64,000 nucleotides of DNA from an uncultured Methanosarcinaceae archaeon (GCA_963733675.1 CAVTET010000003.1:604157-668156), one strand, 5' to 3'; shown: positions 24,050 through 34,905, counted from the first letter of the stretch. Notes: generated by a model from the sequence alone, not told the origin. Numbers and translations: made by a program.

Positions 24050-24335
24050 TAGAAGATATTCAAAATATGGAAGAGAATCAAAGTATAAGTAATAGTACAA
24101 ATAATATCATTATACTGAGCCCAGTTGACAAAAATATTTAATGCAAATGATAATTGTGGACAATGTGTTAGATTTTTGGAAAATATGAATTTCAGGGATA
24201 CATACTTTCTTGGGTCATAATGAGTAAAGAGTCTACAACTAGTAAATATTCTTGTTGAACAACTAAAGAATACAATCGAATTTGATAATGGTTAGGGAAC
24301 AAGTTTCAAAATACTATTTCAGAAAAAAGACTAAT
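24050..24335 (+). pseudogene. Histidine kinase HATPase C-terminal relic
   Basis: LQLVNILVEQLKNTIEFDNG*GTSFKILF resembles Methanosarcina HisKA_2-type kinase ends; left boundary uncertain. Confidence 0.55.
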
Positions 24336-24371
24336 TCTTTTGAAGTTTATTCATTATAAAGGAGAGGTACA

Positions 24372-24782
24372 ATGAAAAAAGCAAAAATTCTGGTTGTCGA
24401 AGATCAGAGTATAGTGGCTCTCAACATCAGGAATAAGCTGATAAATCTCGGTTATACTGTGCCTGGTACTGCATCTACTGTAGAAGAAGCCATAAGAAAA
24501 GCGAAGCTGACAAATGCAGATCTTGTTTTGATGGACATTATGTTGAAAGGGGATAGGGATGGAATTGAAGCTGCCCGTGAAATCAAACAGCAACTAAAAA
24601 TCCCGGTACTTTATTTGACCGCATATACTGATGATGAGACTCTCGCTAGAGCAAAAACTACAGAGCCTGCAGGATATATCTCAAAACCTTTTAAGGAAGA
24701 AGACCTGCATATCAGTATAGAGATGGCTTTGCACAAACAGAGAATTGAAAGAGAAGAGAGCGATAACCTAGTTGATAATTAG
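24372..24782 (+). CDS. CheY-like single-domain response regulator
   Basis: ILVVED, LVLMDIML (phospho-acceptor Asp), LTAY, YISKPF. Confidence 0.93.
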   Translation: MKKAKILVVEDQSIVALNIRNKLINLGYTVPGTASTVEEAIRKAKLTNADLVLMDIMLKGDRDGIEAAREIKQQLKIPVLYLTAYTDDETLARAKTTEPAGYISKPFKEEDLHISIEMALHKQRIEREESDNLVDN

Positions 24783-24808
24783 TTTTTTAAACAAAGAGCC
24801 AAAAAAAC

Positions 24809-25663
24809 GGTTCCGTTGCAAAAAATCCTTTCTAATGATACAATAGAATAAAAAGAAAACCAAAGATAGTAGTATGCTATCTAATTCCTTTAAATGGAAG
24901 CATTATGAAGGAGAAATTATCCTATTGAATGTAAGATGGTACTTAAAATATCCATTGAGCTATAGAAATTTAAAGGGAATGATGATAGAAAGAGGAGTAA
25001 AAGTCGACCATACAACAATCATGAGATGGATACATCAATATTCCCCTGAAATCGAAAAGAAGATAAGAAGACATTTAAGACTAACAAACTATTCGTGGAG
25101 AGTTGATGAAACCTATATCAAAGTAAAGGGTAAATGGAAATATTTTTACCGAGCAGTTGACTCAAATGGAGACACAATTGATTTCATGTAAAGTGCAAAA
25201 CGAAACCAATAAGTAGCGAAGAGATTCTTTAAGAAAGCTTTGAGTTCTAATCATAATCAAATTCCACAAGTAATAACAGTTGATAAGAATCCAGCTTATC
25301 CACCTGCTATAGATGAACTGAAAAATGATAAAATACTACCTAAAAACGTAAACCTTCGACAAATCAAGTATTTGAATAACGTTATAGAACAAGATCATAG
25401 ATCTCTAAAGCAAATCGTTAATCCAATGTTAGGATTTCAGTATTTTCTATCTGCTAATAATACTTTAAAAGGAATTGAATCTATGAATATGATTAAAAAA
25501 GATAAGTCAATAATTTAAATTACTCTGTTTTTAATGAAGTCAAATACATTAATCAATTGCTTGGTATAGTTTCATAATGTTAGTACATTTTCTTTGAATA
25601 TTTTGATTTTTATTCATTACTCATAGATTTACATGCTTATTTTGAAATTTTTGCAACGGAACC
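24809..25663 (+). mobile_element. IS6-family element, second copy with disrupted transposase
   Basis: Same TIRs as 2175-3028; transposase split into 24874-25191 and 25240-25518; flanks show no direct repeat. Confidence 0.93.
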
Positions 25664-25989
25664 ATATTATGTCTAGCTTGATCATGCATTCCCATTCTTT
25701 TTCTATATTATTAGTTAGCAATATTCAAAGATTATTCAGCAAGATGTGGAATATTTATCTACCTTCGTTTGAGTGTTATAATGTATTAAACTTCTAATAT
25801 ATGTTCACTCAGTTTGATAGTTAAATTGATATAGTCATATATATAATCACAAAATTTGTAAGTTTCTTACTTATAAATTTATTTTTGATCAAAATTCGAT
25901 CTTATAGTCGTAAATGCATCAATTATTTTTTACCTGCTTTATATATAATCCGACAAGTTCCTCTATAAAATATCTAAACTACGTGTTGT

Positions 25990-26540
25990 ATGAATTCCGC
26001 AATAACTATACAGAACGTGGTGGCATCCGCTACGTTGGCTGAAGATTTAGATCTACCTAAGATCGAAGCTGGGCTGGAAGGCACCGAATATAACAAAATG
26101 AAATTCCCGGGTCTTGTTTACAGAATTAAGGATCCTAAGGTATGCTTTCTAATTTTCACCACCGGAAAAGTGGTATGCACCGGATCCAGGAACGTCGAGA
26201 ACGTCTACATAGCTATAACCAATCTAACTAATACGCTCAAGTCCATTGGCTGCGAAAGGATAGATACAAAACCTGAGATTCATGTTCAGAACATTGTAGC
26301 TTCCGCAGATTTGGATGCGCAACTAAACTTGAATAGTATTGTTATGGCCTTTGGCATAGAAAACGTCGAATACGAGCCAGAGATATTTCCTGGGCTTGTT
26401 TATAGGATTAAGGTTCCAAAGTTAGTAGTGCTCTCGGCTCTGGCAAGTTGGTGATCGCGGGTGGCAAAACTCCGGAGGATTGCGTGGAAGGTGCGCGGAT
26501 CATCAGGACAGAGTTCGACAACTTCGGATTGCTTTATTAA
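25990..26540 (+). pseudogene. tbp: TATA-box binding protein paralog, frameshifted near the C-terminus
   Basis: Two TBP repeats (QNVVAS...FPGLVYRI); terminal [11 protein letters not shown]...DNFGLLY continues in another frame after ~26433. Confidence 0.9.
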
Positions 26541-26621
26541 ATATATCCTAGAAGTCTGTAAACTCGTAACGGATGCCACATACTAAATTGGGAAGTACAT
26601 AAGAGAATAATAGGAAAAAAT

Positions 26622-26822
26622 ATGCATATAACCAACAAGACAGAAACAGAAGATACGATATTTGAATTTACACTTTCTCACTCCGGCTCACCTAGAGACC
26701 CATTCGACCAGACCCTAGTATGCATTTTAAGAGGAAAAGACGGCTTAGGCTTTGCAGAAATAGACATCTCCCAGATAATAACAAGAACAGGCAACTTTAA
26801 AGAAAGAAAAATATCACAATAG
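26622..26822 (+). CDS. Hypothetical 66-aa protein
   Basis: ATG with purine-rich upstream sequence; no recognised motif. Confidence 0.3.
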   Translation: MHITNKTETEDTIFEFTLSHSGSPRDPFDQTLVCILRGKDGLGFAEIDISQIITRTGNFKERKISQ

Positions 26823-28022
26823 TACATTGAAGAGCCAGGAAATAGAAAGCCTGGTGAAAATATAGTAAAGAACAAACAACTAAAATTATTAAAAATATGA
26901 ACCCGATTATTGAAAGTGGGCAAAATATAAAATATCTAATTAGGCGAGTTTTAAAAGAATAGATGGGGTAATCAAAGGAAATACTTTGTCTGTATTTTGT
27001 AAAATCTGGCTGGACATGTCTTTCTTCAACCTGTGATTCTATCATTAAAGATTTTATGGAAGTTGGGTATGACAAAGACGAAAATGAATCCGTTTATAAC
27101 CACAATAAAATTCTTCACTGTTATTTTTGGGGCTCTGGTGGTCGTGATTATGGCCGTTTTCAAAATGCTATTGAGAAGACAGACTCGAGATAAAAGTAAA
27201 TTCCTTTTTCTTTGTTTTTTGTCTTATTTAATCCTGTTCGGACTTTAGCAGGCCTGGTGGGATGCTCGGATAAAAACAGTAAGTAAAGACTTTTCCTAAA
27301 ATGAGAATAGAAAACTAGTAATTATATTTTTTTTTGCAGCTGGAATAAAGCAAGCTTAAGATAAAAAAGGATGAAGGGCAAGCCAGAGGACAGGCCAGAT
27401 AATCCAATAGTTTTATTGGAAAACAACAGTATATTTAAAGGCCATTTATAAATCTATTTTAATAAAACATGTGTAAAACAGATCCTTTTCAGCCGAAAAT
27501 ATCCGAATATCAGCTAAAATCTCCCAAAATACAGAGTTTTCATCACAAAAAAAACTGTGTATTAATGAACCAATATAAAGTAATAGTAAAACTCACAGAA
27601 CAGAACGAAATAATGCTGAAATCCAATATATTCCCTTTATTTGATAAAGTGCTACTTTTATTGCAAACTATATCAACGATAATTCAAATACAATCCAATA
27701 AATGGTACACTAGAATGCACTGGTAAATTTCTAATCTGTAGCTGGACAAGGTCTAAACTAAAATACAGATGGTAAAAAAGCATACTTAAAGGATCGGAGA
27801 AAAAGATGCATGAATCATGTTTTTTCGATTGTAATGTTTTGATTTATAAGTGAATTTCATTTTTATTTCATATGGACCTAAGTTTAAATGATAATAAAAT
27901 ATAGCCATCAATTCAAGCAATTTATCAGAAATTCATTTATTATGCCTTGAAAAGATGGCTATGATGCTATTTCATTTTGTACTCACCAGCTCCAGACTCA
28001 GCGACTGTGCTCGTTAGATCCG

Positions 28023-28364
28023 TCAGTGATGGCCGTGGCCATGACCGTGACCGTGGCCATGATGGTGGTGATGGTGGTGGTGATGGTGGTGCCAGTGATG
28101 ATAACTGTCCCAGTATCCATCTCCATCGTATCCGTAGCCATATCCGGCTACTACAACTGGTTCAACTGCAACTGGTTCTGTATAATAACCACCATAATAA
28201 CCATCTCCCCAGTACCCGTGATGATGGTGATAGTGATGATGATGTCCATGGCCATGGCCATGCGGAGCAGCAACAGCTGCCATAGCTGTCATTGATGCCA
28301 CAAAAAGAACTGCTAGCAAAATAACCAATATCTTTTTTATTTTACTAGATGTTTGTTTCAACAC
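28023..28364 (-). CDS. Small secreted His-rich protein (shared-leader family member 2)
   Basis: GGAGTGA RBS; signal peptide MLKQTSSKIKKILVILLAVLFVASMTAMAAVA; about 30 His in the 81-aa mature part. Confidence 0.85.
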   Translation of the reverse strand: MLKQTSSKIKKILVILLAVLFVASMTAMAAVAAPHGHGHGHHHHYHHHHGYWGDGYYGGYYTEPVAVEPVVVAGYGYGYDGDGYWDSYHHWHHHHHHHHHHHGHGHGHGHGHH

Positions 28365-28669
28365 TTATTTCACTCCTTTATGACTAAAATTGATAATTGT
28401 ACTGGAATTTTTTCTTGGTAACTATTCAGGCTACAAAGAATTGATTGGTTGACATCTATTCTATTACGTCAACTACTTTTGATGAACTACATTACTTATT
28501 GAGTTTGTTAGTTATTTAAAATTAATTATAAAAAAAATAGCTTCTGAATAAAACTTCTTTTCCCATAAAATATTTTAACATTGGACTATTATTTAATATT
28601 AATATTGTTTTATTAAAAAGTAGGATGTTGAGCCAATATTTTTGCTGACAAAATTTCATTTTTTGTTGT

Positions 28670-28740
28670 TTGGGTTAAGTAGTTTCAAGTGCTCCATAAG
28701 CTCCACATGCTCTATAAGTTACATAAGCTCCATGAGTAAC
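28670..28740. repeat. Partial copy of the repeated element (TAGTTTCAAGTG anchor plus 9-bp periodic array)
   Basis: Units CTCCATAAG/CTCCACATG/CTCTATAAG/TTACATAAG/CTCCATGAG. Confidence 0.8.
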
Positions 28741-29063
28741 AGATATGTATCTGGTGTGTATCCTTCCAGTGAATCTTGATACTAAGGGTTGAAATAACGG
28801 TATACTCTAAATTGTTTTAAACTTTCACCTTTTTTTCTTTCCAACTGCATAAATCCTATCATATTTCTTTTATTGAGATGCAGATGTACTTTTTAATATC
28901 ATAGACTTTTTTAGACATACTTATTTATTTATAGCCCCCTTGTCTTATAATTAACGTGGTTTCTAATTATACTGATATACATAACATTAAAAAACCGTTT
29001 ATTTTGGCACTTGGCCTAGTGCATAGTAAAAATATCAAAATAATATTTAAAAGACGGTCTATT

Positions 29064-30218
29064 ATGGAAATGAAGTATAAAGTATTCTTTCTATTAATCA
29101 GCATGATTTTATTGTCGGGGACTGCACTTGCAACATCTCTGACCTTGAAATCTGTTTCACAGCCTTATTACATTGATCCACAGCATAATTTATGGCTCAA
29201 AGTCAACATGAATGGCAGCACACAACATTTCAATGCGTACAATACGCCTGGTTATTCTCCCAATGGAGATATAGTCATGTGGGCATACGATAATTTTAGC
29301 TCCGGCAGCTTAAATACATCAAAGTGGACAGCTTACAAAGAAGGAAGCAATAAGTCAACAGTAGAAATACAAAATGGATATTTGGTGTTGTCAGGCTCTG
29401 GTAACACATCTTCTGCGAACGTTGTGCTTAATAAGCCATTTACAAATGGCATCGAATTGGCAGTAAATGAAACATTAGCAGGGGGTACTAATGATGTTGG
29501 CACATTTACTGATGCTTCTTTTGGTGCAGGTACACTCGTAGGTGGGATAAGGGGAACAGATTGGTGGTACACAAGATTCGCTACAGGTGGGGGCTCATTC
29601 CAAAGCCAGGGAATATATAATGCGATGATTTGGGCAAACTCAAACAGTTCGGATGTTAGTATGCCCACTCCTGGAATCAGATTAAGTGATTACATAGAAG
29701 AGGGTATCCCACATACATTGGCATATAGTTATGATGCTTCTGGTAATGCAAATATGTACATGCTAAATATAACTCAAAATCGTCTCCCTTTATCTATACC
29801 TGATCCATACGGATATAACCAGTTCAATCACCCATCTCAAGATACTCTAGGGGCTTGGACTGTGTTTTACATTCAAGCAACTGAGAAAAATGGTGTATGG
29901 AAAGTTGGAGAGTTTACAACTCCCCACGCACCACTTATGGCAATCAAAAACACACAATATCTTTATACCCCAAAACAGTGGGTGCTATCACAAGGCGATT
30001 CACCAAAAAGTCATGGAGTCAAAAGAGAAATCAATGAAGTTTGGGGATATAAAACAGGTCACACACCAAAAATAAACGCAAAAAATATGGGAACATATAC
30101 TCAAATTGATGTTAAGCCAACCGATTTACAAAACGTGTCTAATTACCAGGTAATGATCCCTGCTAGTATGCTTAACATATCATCAAAGAGCGAGTCTCTG
30201 GATGTAGAGCGTGCATAA
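29064..30218 (+). CDS. Secreted beta-rich protein with DUF2341-like motifs
   Basis: Signal peptide MEMKYKVFFLLISMILLSGTALA; YYID..LWLKV, NGDIVMWAYDNFSSGSLNTSKW and NYQVMI segments; family call tentative. Confidence 0.6.
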   Translation: MEMKYKVFFLLISMILLSGTALATSLTLKSVSQPYYIDPQHNLWLKVNMNGSTQHFNAYNTPGYSPNGDIVMWAYDNFSSGSLNTSKWTAYKEGSNKSTVEIQNGYLVLSGSGNTSSANVVLNKPFTNGIELAVNETLAGGTNDVGTFTDASFGAGTLVGGIRGTDWWYTRFATGGGSFQSQGIYNAMIWANSNSSDVSMPTPGIRLSDYIEEGIPHTLAYSYDASGNANMYMLNITQNRLPLSIPDPYGYNQFNHPSQDTLGAWTVFYIQATEKNGVWKVGEFTTPHAPLMAIKNTQYLYTPKQWVLSQGDSPKSHGVKREINEVWGYKTGHTPKINAKNMGTYTQIDVKPTDLQNVSNYQVMIPASMLNISSKSESLDVERA

Positions 30219-30569
30219 GTGCAAAAATGTTAGGATATTATAAAATATCTTATTATAAAATAACCGCATGTTGTGAAGATAATCAGGTATAATGCTGCTG
30301 TTAAAGTGTCTGGTTTACCATCATTTTCATCCATTTTTTTCGTTCCGTGACATGACTATTATTCAGCACTTAATCGAAGATGTATGGTAACTTTTTACAA
30401 CATGTCATTATTGCCTTTTCGGATAGGTTTTTAGAGAAAAACAAAAAGTAAAGTTATTTTGGAACGTTATTTATATTGACTAAATTAATCCACTTAAGAG
30501 TCGAAGATGTTCCCCCATCTCCAGAAGTCTGTGAGCTTGGAGATGAGATGAGTCTGGATATGCTGGTGT

Positions 30570-30911
30570 TTATGTAGCTGGTTTTGTTTCTGGATCTTTT
30601 GATGCTGTTTCTGGAAATAGAGTTGCTCCTGCAAGATTTGGACTTGGATCTGAAGCTTTTGCGGGCTCTGCAGGTGCTGAAGCATTCACTGTGTATGGCA
30701 TTCCACCGTATGAAGGACAAATCCAATTACCGTTTACCCATACACAACCAGTACCATAGCCCCAGTAAGGATGAATTCCCCAGCCCCAAACGCCACCCCA
30801 GCGACCGCCGCCATGTGCACTAACTGCCACTGTTGTCACAGATAATACAAAAAGTACTGCCAGCAAAATGGTCAGTATCTTTTTTAATCTACTCACTTTT
30901 TGTTTCAACAT
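30570..30911 (-). CDS. Small secreted Gly/Trp-rich protein (shared-leader family member 3)
   Basis: Signal peptide MLKQKVSRLKKILTILLAVLFVLSVTTVAVSA; GGRWGGVWGWG, CVWVNGNWIC, Pro/Ala/Thr-rich tail. Confidence 0.8.
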   Translation of the reverse strand: MLKQKVSRLKKILTILLAVLFVLSVTTVAVSAHGGGRWGGVWGWGIHPYWGYGTGCVWVNGNWICPSYGGMPYTVNASAPAEPAKASDPSPNLAGATLFPETASKDPETKPAT

Positions 30912-31482
30912 TCAACTCATTCCTTTCTTGTTAGGTTTGATACAATCTTAATCTGGCTAGAAAACAATTTGTTGAGATCGGAGGTTTATTTTAACTTTCA
31001 TATGACTGTATGATAAACTTGTATTTAATATTTTTCTTTTATTTAATTATATTTTATGCTATTAAAATTAAAAATTGTGTTATTTACTCCAAAAAAAGAA
31101 TTTAGATATGTTACTGATTGAACAATCATTCGTCCAAATCAATTAAATTAAAAACTCAAAAATGTTGATATTTTACAGATGCTATGCCAGAAAAAATTTC
31201 GGAAAATATTGAGATTATCGATGTCCAGGTTTTTCTTACCTGGCTATCGAAAATATTTACACTTACAAGCCAACAAAAGTTTGTTAATATCAAGTAGGCA
31301 GTGTACTAGAGTTCTGCAAATTTTGAATGGTTATATGCCCTTTATTCATTACTTGTTCTTATTCATGGACCTAATTATCATTACAATTTACATTTTGACT
31401 CAAAATGCAATGCTTCTCTTGGATCTATGCAAGATGGGAATAAAGCTAAACTTATGAATAAAATTAAAAATTGTCCGAAAAA

Positions 31483-31510
31483 GTAATATAAAAATATATA
31501 TATGTAATAC
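31483..31510 (+). promoter_or_regulatory. Candidate NikR operator upstream of nikM
   Basis: GTAATA-N16-TAATAC resembles E. coli NikR GTATGA-N16-TCATAC and encloses a TATA-like run. Confidence 0.5.
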
Positions 31511-31626
31511 TTGACAATCTGTTTTCATAAGAATATTCTATCACTTACGAAGTTAGACTAATACCCGGTCAGAATAAGAATTTCAGCTTAGAACCATAGG
31601 AAATTAGTTAGGGGAAGATAGAATAA

Positions 31627-32352
31627 ATGCACATTCCAGATGGATATTTAGGGCCGCACACATATATTGCGTTTTGGATCATCGTGATCCCGATATGGTA
31701 TTATGCAGGACAAAAACTGAGCACAGAGCTCAAGTCCAAACAGGTACCACTGCTAGCATTATCAGCTGCGTTCTCATTTGTAATAATGATGTTCAACATC
31801 CCTGTTCCAGGTGGCAGCACAGGCCATTCCATCGGCGGTGGAATTCTCGCCATAGTCATAGGTCCCTGGGCAGCAATTATAGCTATATCTGTAACTTTGG
31901 TATTGCAAGCAATGATTTTTGGTGATGGTGGAATAACAGCCATAGCCACTAACTGCTTTAATATGGGAGTAGTAGTACCTTTTGTCGCTTAGTATGCCTA
32001 TAAGCTTATTAGCGGAAATTCAGAGATTACATCTTCTCTAAAAGTTATTGCTGCGGCTATCGCTGGCTGGATTTCTTTGACCATGGCATCTTTTTGTGCG
32101 GGCATTGAATTAGGAATACAGCCAATTTTAGAGCACACAGTTGATGGAGTCCCACTTTATATGCCATATACATGGAATGTAACTGTTCCTGCCATGGTAC
32201 TTGAACACGCTTTGGCATTTAGTATTCTTGAAGCACTGATTACAGCAATTATTTTTGCCTATATCCTGAGAACAGATACATCTGTATTTTACGGAGAGAA
32301 ATCTGAAGCTGAAATTAACAGAACAGAAATAATGAATGGAGTCACAATCTGA
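31627..32352 (+). pseudogene. cbiM: ECF Ni/Co transporter S-component (CbiM/NikM) with a single in-frame TAG at 31990
   Basis: MHIPDGYL N-terminus and PGGSTGH; frame stays open after the TAG to 32352. Confidence 0.88.
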
Positions 32353-32361
32353 GGTGAGAAT

Positions 32362-32685
32362 GTGGATAAGATGATAAGAAACTTATCTATTGGCCTGATA
32401 TTATTGATCATATTTGCGCCTTTATGTCTGCTTGCGGCAGGCACTGCATATGGTGAATGGGTACCAGATGAGCTTAAGGACCGTATCGGGTTTGTGCCAC
32501 ATGGGTTGGAAGAGCTCTCTGATTTATGGCATGCACCACTGCAGGATTATAATATCCCCCCCACTCCTTCTTTTAAGGATTCGAAGCTGGTATCTTCTGC
32601 TGGATACGTTTTGTCTGCAATAATCGGTGTAATAGTTAGTGGCGGTTTTTTATATTTAATTGGAAAGAAGGCAACTAAACACTAA
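32362..32685 (+). CDS. NikN/CbiN-like PDGLE-domain membrane protein
   Basis: TAYGEW, VPHGLE, APLQDY motifs with two TM segments; GAGGTGA RBS. Confidence 0.82.
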   Translation: MDKMIRNLSIGLILLIIFAPLCLLAAGTAYGEWVPDELKDRIGFVPHGLEELSDLWHAPLQDYNIPPTPSFKDSKLVSSAGYVLSAIIGVIVSGGFLYLIGKKATKH

Positions 32686-33402
32686 CAAATTAATCACGTT
32701 TAGAATCATGATGATCCAAATTTTAATTTTTTTAGGACGGAACTTAGATATATTGGGTATAAAAAGGCTCAATTACTTGATTTAATTGTTGGATTTACTG
32801 CATGCACGAAAATTGGATATATCATGAATAGAGTAGGCATAATATTGTGCCAATTTTAAAAATAGTAGATTGGAAGGATGGAGTGATAAAACCCTTCCAT
32901 AAAGCATGGTATTTTATTTTAGAAACCTGAAACCTGCAGCTGCCTAAACTATAGATACGGAATTCCATCACCATAGGTTCGATGGCTAATTTCAGATTGT
33001 CTTATTTTCGATATCTTTTGGATAGACATATGAATGTATAAAGACTTCATATTTAACATTTTCTTTTGTTTTTTTCATATTTTATATTATTAGGCTTAAA
33101 ACTAATATTACTCATTTTATTTTAAGTCAACCATTATTTCAATTTACTTTAGTTTCTGAATTATTATTCCTCACATATTATAAATCAATGTTTAAATATA
33201 ATCTAATAAGTGGATATTTAATTATACTAGTTATTATATAACGAAGTATAATTATAAATATACTTACTTCCATTTATTTTTTAAGATAGACTATTTAAAA
33301 TCGTAACGATTTTTACCAACGATTTGAGATTGGGAATAAATGGAAAAAATAACAGCCTTATAGAAATAATACAAAGTGAGAACAATTTTGGAGTGTATAT
33401 AT

Positions 33403-33732
33403 ATGGGGAAACAAAAATTTGACAGAATGAAAAAAACACTTAGCATTCTAGTGCTAGTCTTTTTAGTAGTATCAGCGACAGCTGTTGCAACTAGTGCAGC
33501 ACCACGTAATGGTGGTTGGTCGTGACGGTGGTTTTGGTCATGGTCACGGTAGTTATGGCGGCTTTGGCGGTGGCTGGGGACCTGGCTGGGGAGGACCTGG
33601 GTTCGGATTTTATCCACCTGCTCCCATGGCGATGGCGGAGATAGTGATGTAGTCTGCGGACCTTATGGCTGCTTCTGGAATGAGGCTACAGCATACATTC
33701 CGAAGGCTATCATAGCCGATAACGGTTGGTAA
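33403..33732 (+). pseudogene. Secreted Gly-rich protein, frameshifted (shared-leader family member 4; absent from ORF track)
   Basis: MGKQKFDRMKKTLSILVLVFLVVSATAVATSA, then GRDGGFGHGHGSYGGFGGGWGPGWGGPG and CGPYGCFW in shifted frames. Confidence 0.78.
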
Positions 33733-33889
33733 AAAAAGTGTTTTTTCGATGACTATAAAGCTTAAGTATTAATATAAATTAAAAACCCTAATATTTGTAA
33801 ATAAAACTATTGGCTTTTCATTAATTTCAGAGAAGGACAAAATAATAAGTGCTGTAGAAAACTCAAATGAAACAGAGCAATACAGATGA

Positions 33890-34250
33890 CCTTAAGGAAT
33901 GTCATTATTGCCCTGAAAATTAGGTGACCAACTCCTTTTATTATCCATGGAGATAACATCTATCAACATGAAATTAACAACAATAAAATATTTATTGTGT
34001 AATTAGTGAAAAAATCAACCAGATGCTTATATACTTTTCTGTTCTGAAGTTTTCTTTCTATGCTTGTGGTTTAGTTAATTAGTTTCAAGTGTTCCTGGAG
34101 CTCCAAATGTTCTAAAAGTCCCATAAGCTCCAAGAGTCCCAAAAGCTCCATGAGTCCGAGATCGATAAGGTTTTCTTACTATTGATGGCATTTAGGAAAT
34201 CCAGAGATTTAATCACAAAAACTGTGCCTATTTCTCATAACAGTCAAAAA
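33890..34250. repeat. Repeated ~350-bp non-coding element, full copy 1
   Basis: Colinear similarity with 37860-38340; hairpin at 33921-33962; 9-bp periodic array at 34081-34157. Confidence 0.8.
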
Positions 34251-34387
34251 TAAGGGTTGTGAGGCAAAAATAATATTTATGTAGTTTGATACTGCAATTC
34301 TTACCTTTGTGTACTTTTTTTCGGTGGTGAGAATGATTCACTTTCCTATTTGTGATGTTTTTCACTGGTTTTATTAAATAGCCAGAT

Positions 34388-34403
34388 TTTTTGCAACGGA
34401 ACC
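34388..34403. mobile_element. Solo IS6 terminal inverted repeat
   Basis: TTTTTGCAACGGAACC identical to the ends of the IS6 copies. Confidence 0.65.
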
Positions 34404-34766
34404 CATATTTTTAATTAAAACCAATGCAATACCTGAAAAGCAAAAAATTTCTATATTCATATCCTTCGTGTTTTACAAATTTAAACGTAGAATCTGAAAA
34501 ATAGCTATTTTCTCAAAAAGGTTGCTATTCAGACAACTGAAGAAACAACTATGCTTTTGATATTAAAAAAATCAATAGTAATCGTATTTCTTTTACTGAT
34601 TTCTATTATCTTGGCATTATCAGATTAACTTCTTTTTCCATGCTATATTTTGTTTTAAGAACGCTGCAAACACGAGATTCAGACATCCAAAGAGTTAAAT
34701 AATATTAATAAAATAAAAAATTTTGGAAATACTACACTATTAATAATTGACAAGGTGTGAAATTAC

Positions 34767-34899
34767 ATGAGTAAAGCAAAAAAGACACTTGTTATTCTAC
34801 TGGTAGTTGGTTTTTTTACTATCAGTGACATCTGCAACAGCAATCGCAAAAGGTGCAAAAGGCATTGGCGTAGCGATCAAGTTCGTCACGAAAGAGTAA
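34767..34899 (+). pseudogene. Leader-only relic (shared-leader family member 5) joined to an MsrB-like C-terminus
   Basis: AGGTGTG RBS; MSKAKKTLVILLVVGF[+1 T]LLSVTSATAIAKGAKG then GVAIKFVTKE*. Confidence 0.62.
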
Positions 34900-34905
34900 G
34901 GAAAC

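Noticed and set aside
27977-28295. Plus-strand ORFs over the His-rich gene
   Set aside because: Antisense shadows of CAC/CAT/GGC repeats; the minus strand has the RBS and signal peptide
33291-33617. 108-aa minus-strand ORF
   Set aside because: Shadow of the frameshifted plus-strand leader gene at 33403
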